A DNA stretch of 63,740 nucleotides, the filler included, from Babesia bigemina (taxonomy: Eukaryota): assembly GCF_000981445.1 (NCBI RefSeq). It is 15 parts of 15 records of this genome, joined end to end, with 100 filler letters (N's around TTAATTAATTAA, not from the genome) between each part and the next. Parts side by side here need not be neighbours in the genome. Positions count along the whole stretch, not along the records: positions 57,011 to 63,740 come from NW_012236996.1; 14 more parts are not named here. One strand, given 5' to 3'. The notes beneath the pieces were generated by a model, which saw nothing but the letters and a program-made list of their open reading frames with translations, had not been told where the DNA came from and did not search any database. Each line of letters begins with the position of its first letter. Position 1 is the first letter of the stretch. This document shows positions 60,501-63,740 of the stretch, piece by piece. The translations under genes were made by a program, and so were the position numbers.

Positions 60501-63235
60501 CCACTCTGGAGCTCCGACAAGAGAGTTTTAACGCCTTTTGTCTCATCCTTTTCCATAAAGGTGGTGCTTTTCATGGCAGTAACCAAGCCGGTTAGTTCCT
60601 TGAGCTCTTGCTGAATTGTGTTCAGAGGTGTCTCAAATGCATTTGATGCTTTGTTCATGATTTGTGTAATATTATCGACTTCCAACGTTGCCAACCCTTG
60701 TAGTTTAATTTTGTTAATTGCGTTGGGAAGCTTGTTTTCTTCTTCACTACCTTCATGGCCATGTAGCTCACCGTTCAGAAGGGCATCGAGAAGAGATTTA
60801 TCTTGTTTGACGTGCATTTTGTAAGCTGCGAAACTTGTGGCATTCTCCAGGTCAACGAAAACTGGGTTATCCCCCGGCATCTGTTTACCAAGTATACTGT
60901 TAATTGTAGTATCAAGCTTGTTGACAAACGCGCCAGTACCGGGAATACCAGTTTCGTCGCCCAAAAGGTGTAACAAATTACTCTGCAACCCCGCAGCCAC
61001 TTTCAGTGCTGAGTCCAATTTCTCAACATCAAATTCGTAGTCAGCATTATCACCTGTTAAAGACCCGAGATCCCAGTCTGCTTTTCTAGCTACACCAACA
61101 AGCTGGCTGAGAGTCGACCGAACGATGGACGTCATAAGGTATTGAGTTTTAGTTGTATTCTGGATGCTTAAAATTCCATTCTCGACGTCTTCAATCGCAG
61201 TAACTATTCCTTGCACGAAGTCACCGAATGAGATCTTCTTAATCCTATCTCCAAGATCATTTGCAAATTTGGAGCAAACAGCCTGCGCAGTTTCGACGCG
61301 GTCACGAATAGTACCTGAGTCGCTACCATCAGCGATTTGAACAGCATCTGCGATTTCTGCGGCAAGCTTCTTCGAAATTTCTGTCGCGATTTTATCGTTA
61401 AGCCTCTCACCTTGGTCGGCGCCGTAGCTGTCCCGATATTCCGGTTTCAAACCATGCTCTTCATTCCTGCTAACATATTCTTCAACGTTCTTCCTGACAG
61501 TCGGATCATTTTCCACAATATCTTTCACCCACTGCTTGACGATACTGTCAAATCCCTGATCACTCCTCTTTACGAATTTTTCAGCACTGGCGCTGAAACC
61601 TTTCACAACATGTTGTAGACCATCATTATGCGTGCCGTTGATGATTCCTTCCACGTTTGTTTTGATTTGGTTTACCAACTGCTCTGCAAAATACTGCTTC
61701 ATCGCCGTTTGGAGTGCCTCTCTCAGTGTTCCCAGATCAGTCTTCAGCTTAATATTCATACTCCCTACCACTTTTAAGGCTGACCTGACTTCAGATTTCA
61801 CTGTGTCCAAAGCTGTCTGTGCAGCATCCCTAAGTTGAATGGCTTTACCTTTCAAGGTTGTGGCGCTGTTGTAAATTTCCGAATGACTCGGATCAACCAT
61901 CTTAACAATCTTCTCACACTTCGAGATCGCATTTTCGACAAGTCGTCTGGCCGACGCAATCCATGTTCCCAACTCTACGTAAACAGTTTTAAAATCTTTC
62001 TCAACTTGCGTTATAGGCTTCCGAATGTTACTTTCAAACTGCTCTTCAATATTGTTGCTCATCAGCTCTACACGGCTCTTAACATGCGTGTTAAGGGAGT
62101 GATCCAACTCTTTCAGTTCATCTTCCGCGGTCTCCACCAACGATTTCAGCTCATCATTCTGAGCAGCCGCAACAAACGCCTTAACCTGCACTTCCGCGCT
62201 GCTAACAGCGCCACGAAGCTTATCTCGAAGCGCAGGATCAAGTGCTCTATACGCCTTTTTGGCGTCGTCGAAAACGTTTTTAAGTTCACCAGCATCGCCG
62301 ATGCATCTCATCAGCCTGCCAGTGACCTTGTCAAGACTGTTATCGTCAAGCTCATTAAGTGCGTTAAGTGATTCATGCATACGATTAATATTATTAGTTT
62401 TAAGGTCTGTTAAAGTTTTTTTAAGTGCGCTAGTTTTTTCAGTCACCTTCTCATCCCACTCCCCCAGCGCCGTGCTCACAGCCTCAACGGCCGCAGACAA
62501 TCCGCCATTTTTGTGCATACTTTCCTTAATTTTTTTGAGTGTTTTGTCCATGTTCTTATAGTATGTAGTAACGCTTGGATCATCCTTCACCGCACCAAGC
62601 ACACCACTCAAAAATCCCATCACCCCGTCTGCCAGCCTGTCAAGGTCAGAGTACACAATCCCAGAGCCGTTGTAGCCTTTAGTCTCAGAGTTGAAGCCGA
62701 GGAAAGTTTCGAGGCCGTCACATAAATTATCTAAGAGGTTTTTAGGGTCATTTGACGCATTTTTAGAATTAGTCAAAAATCCACAAAGCTCCTTCACTTT
62801 CTTCAAAGCCTCCAACTTGGACTGCAATTTGTCTGACTCAGCAGAGGGCGAGGGGGAAGGAGGAGAGTTATTAGGAAGGTTATTAGGTTCATTAAGGCTA
62901 TTATATTGATCTGTAAAATTCTTAATTTCATTTTCAACTTTCTGCTTTAGTTGACCAATTTCAACGGTGCCATCAGCCTTGCCAGCAGAGTTGACAGACT
63001 CAGAAAGGGTAGTAACATGAGAAGAGTAAAGATGTTTTAGGTCATTTTTAAGGTCTGGATTAGTGTCGAAAACAGCTTTAATAGCCTTCACAACGGCTTT
63101 CTTAACACTCTCACTTTGACCAACAAATCCGCCAAGCTGTCCAGCAAGGTGACCAAGGCTAATGAGCTTGGAGTCAATGTCATTCAAGGCTCTTCTAGTA
63201 GCATCGTCACTGAGAGAATGGTCAGTATCAGCAAG
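57515..63235 (-). CDS. ves: Near full-length ves-family ORF (~1900 codons), 5'-truncated (entry class II; Cys-rich type 2, alpha tail)
   Basis: Frame opens after TAA TAA at ~63236. The leader ATG at 63261 is out of frame, and the first in-frame Met is in GVMGFLSGVL. All family anchors are present. Confidence 0.85.
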   Translation of the reverse strand, partial: LADTDHSLSDDATRRALNDIDSKLISLGHLAGQLGGFVGQSESVKKAVVKAIKAVFDTNPDLKNDLKHLYSSHVTTLSESVNSAGKADGTVEIGQLKQKVENEIKNFTDQYNSLNEPNNLPNNSPPSPSPSAESDKLQSKLEALKKVKELCGFLTNSKNASNDPKNLLDNLCDGLETFLGFNSETKGYNGSGIVYSDLDRLADGVMGFLSGVLGAVKDDPSVTTYYKNMDKTLKKIKESMHKNGGLSAAVEAVSTALGEWDEKVTEKTSALKKTLTDLKTNNINRMHESLNALNELDDNSLDKVTGRLMRCIGDAGELKNVFDDAKKAYRALDPALRDKLRGAVSSAEVQVKAFVAAAQNDELKSLVETAEDELKELDHSLNTHVKSRVELMSNNIEEQFESNIRKPITQVEKDFKTVYVELGTWIASARRLVENAISKCEKIVKMVDPSHSEIYNSATTLKGKAIQLRDAAQTALDTVKSEVRSALKVVGSMNIKLKTDLGTLREALQTAMKQYFAEQLVNQIKTNVEGIINGTHNDGLQHVVKGFSASAEKFVKRSDQGFDSIVKQWVKDIVENDPTVRKNVEEYVSRNEEHGLKPEYRDSYGADQGERLNDKIATEISKKLAAEIADAVQIADGSDSGTIRDRVETAQAVCSKFANDLGDRIKKISFGDFVQGIVTAIEDVENGILSIQNTTKTQYLMTSIVRSTLSQLVGVARKADWDLGSLTGDNADYEFDVEKLDSALKVAAGLQSNLLHLLGDETGIPGTGAFVNKLDTTINSILGKQMPGDNPVFVDLENATSFAAYKMHVKQDKSLLDALLNGELHGHEGSEEENKLPNAINKIKLQGLATLEVDNITQIMNKASNAFETPLNTIQQELKELTGLVTAMKSTTFMEKDETKGVKTLLSELQSGLNDKALGDAAKGLKNIQTEIDKILGTAVKADNQENNEHNLKKILEAGETFYVTTIPTEAASAIRDLQRNVTREIANVTKTVQTKALNEYYKKISGMLTNMKTEVTSQIDSIETEITTDFNSGVKGLLRKVMDHGNKTAGDETNMLTKLKNVAESAKQDNFKNLSQYFKNHSDPVLQYIVDQVITPQSDDPGKIVFEIKTKFDEMLTHLNHNIKGTKKERPFNFDHTFTSLLTHLSTSLASLSPSHFANPRHPELLDAVRAGLEGFVKELERAYVNGYDGGEDIIIVDARNTKVTENGKKCAKVCLTLFSTLHHVLSVLRKYCYRTCKYMQINKSTELGSFFSEQGYRISDRGEQNGELQDKISMQGKKVHTLLVDKFDTVYNSNKEFKNALEKLNDYLTDYYQVRHISTFTAKRRPCNVFEMLCWLSGLPCNAVYEDMLSGAVSDLFEDPSKQVAVEDEGHEITVADMRQDSIPAHPYNMSYDDTQKAITRLCSKSYDVLARILGTGDAYSMYAVDYCSNALNLHYPPKGEDCLQLLLDVLHRLLPSLRFLYRQCGVRAAYYGWADCHYGKHVGCANWPCKDHPTDKSACEPKCQPTCQANSQPNCRPTSPLMSYLNDCLPGHLPHQLRTIGCKTECATCPKSKPGMPCLVPLGFRRFSGQSRTGKELRDTLENFFSNSYITTVFCLMPKPPSTLAEHMSFAMNYFGNWQTDASRNKNGLQIAFEQSMKKLSIHQVEDASNLRSALRDIYGTKHNNEPSKLTSHQDSKHADLLSVCLPNETKPCSDLKHQCAPYLSSTSSDAYNYLAEKHSDLYLSWAIYLPWTFYSYLKSLLDAFQQIDCGSSGCTKCSCKPGTHGVELNCTCNALISCRGVTPTFYQYGFTFGYTKSMYGTDRKYCRNFNTQLSNVLKSDYFTKLFDACDNFLWIIRQPFTYLVLALWLLSLLYLVHIMVIRLDLLHIKSHLNSPSSHRIAAQSLLAAGRVSKLNRVFYLQP

Positions 63236-63286
63236 TTATTATTGTGGTCTAAAGAGGTCATAGCGGTATTAAGGCGAGGTAATTCG

Positions 63287-63740
63287 AGCGATGTAGAGTG
63301 GGTAAAGGGGCGATGTGGAGTGGGTAAAGGGGCGATGTAGAGTGGATAAAGGGGCGATGTGGAGTGGATAAAGGAGCGATGTAGAGTGGGTTAGGGAGCG
63401 ATGTAGAGTGGATAAAGGAGCGATGAGGAGTGGGTTAGGGAGCGATGTAGAGTGGGTTAGGGAGCGATGTAGAGTGGATAAAAGGGCGATGTAGAGTGGA
63501 TAAAAGGGCGATGTAGAGTGGGTTAAGGGGCGATGTAGAGTGGGTTAGGGAGCGATGTAAGGTGGATAAAGGGGCGATGTAGAGTGCGTTAAGGAGCGAT
63601 GTGGAGTGTGTTAAGGGGCGATGTAGAGTGGATAAAGGGGCGATGTAGAGTGGGTAAAGGGGCGATGTAGAGTGGGTTAAGGAGCGATGTATAGTGGTTA
63701 AAGGGGCGATGTAGAGTGGATAAAGGGGCGATGTGGAGTG
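63287..63740 (-). repeat. 22-bp minisatellite
   Basis: Tandem G-rich 22-mers to the window end. Confidence 0.97.

Noticed and set aside
57515..63187. Bacterial Ebh, SMC or myosin-like identity for the long coiled-coil ORFs
   Set aside because: Any such similarity would be compositional; the N-terminal, Cys-rich, TM and tail motifs indicate the ves family.
63287..63740. True telomere
   Set aside because: The 22-bp composite unit occurs internally many times between genes; it is not a simple terminal repeat.

Overview
Eukaryotic, AT/GC-mixed DNA from a piroplasm, most likely Babesia of the B. bigemina/B. ovata type (inferred from ves-family motifs and 34-42 bp introns). The window is a concatenation of 15 contigs separated by 14 artificial 100-nt linkers (44N-TTAATTAATTAA-44N), so order and adjacency across gaps are not biological. 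Thirteen contigs carry 15 fragments of large ves (variant erythrocyte surface antigen)-like genes. These sit head-to-tail in a stereotyped cassette: ves 3' end > conserved 3' flank (two classes) > 12-bp-based satellite (three variants) > 20-bp satellite > fixed junction > 22-bp telomere-like C-rich satellite > conserved ~60-bp leader > next ves. All eight visible 5' ends lack an ATG reading through into the normal N-terminus: they are fused to the leader at three different entry points, and four share the same in-frame TAA. Gene modules visibly reassort at nucleotide-conserved anchors. Together this looks like a satellite-punctuated archive of silent antigen cassettes (inference). Two other contigs hold tandemly duplicated housekeeping segments: a CCCH zinc-finger gene flanking MED7 (3531-bp offset), and an MFS transporter plus a hypothetical membrane protein (3150-bp unit, with one MFS copy carrying a nonsense codon).
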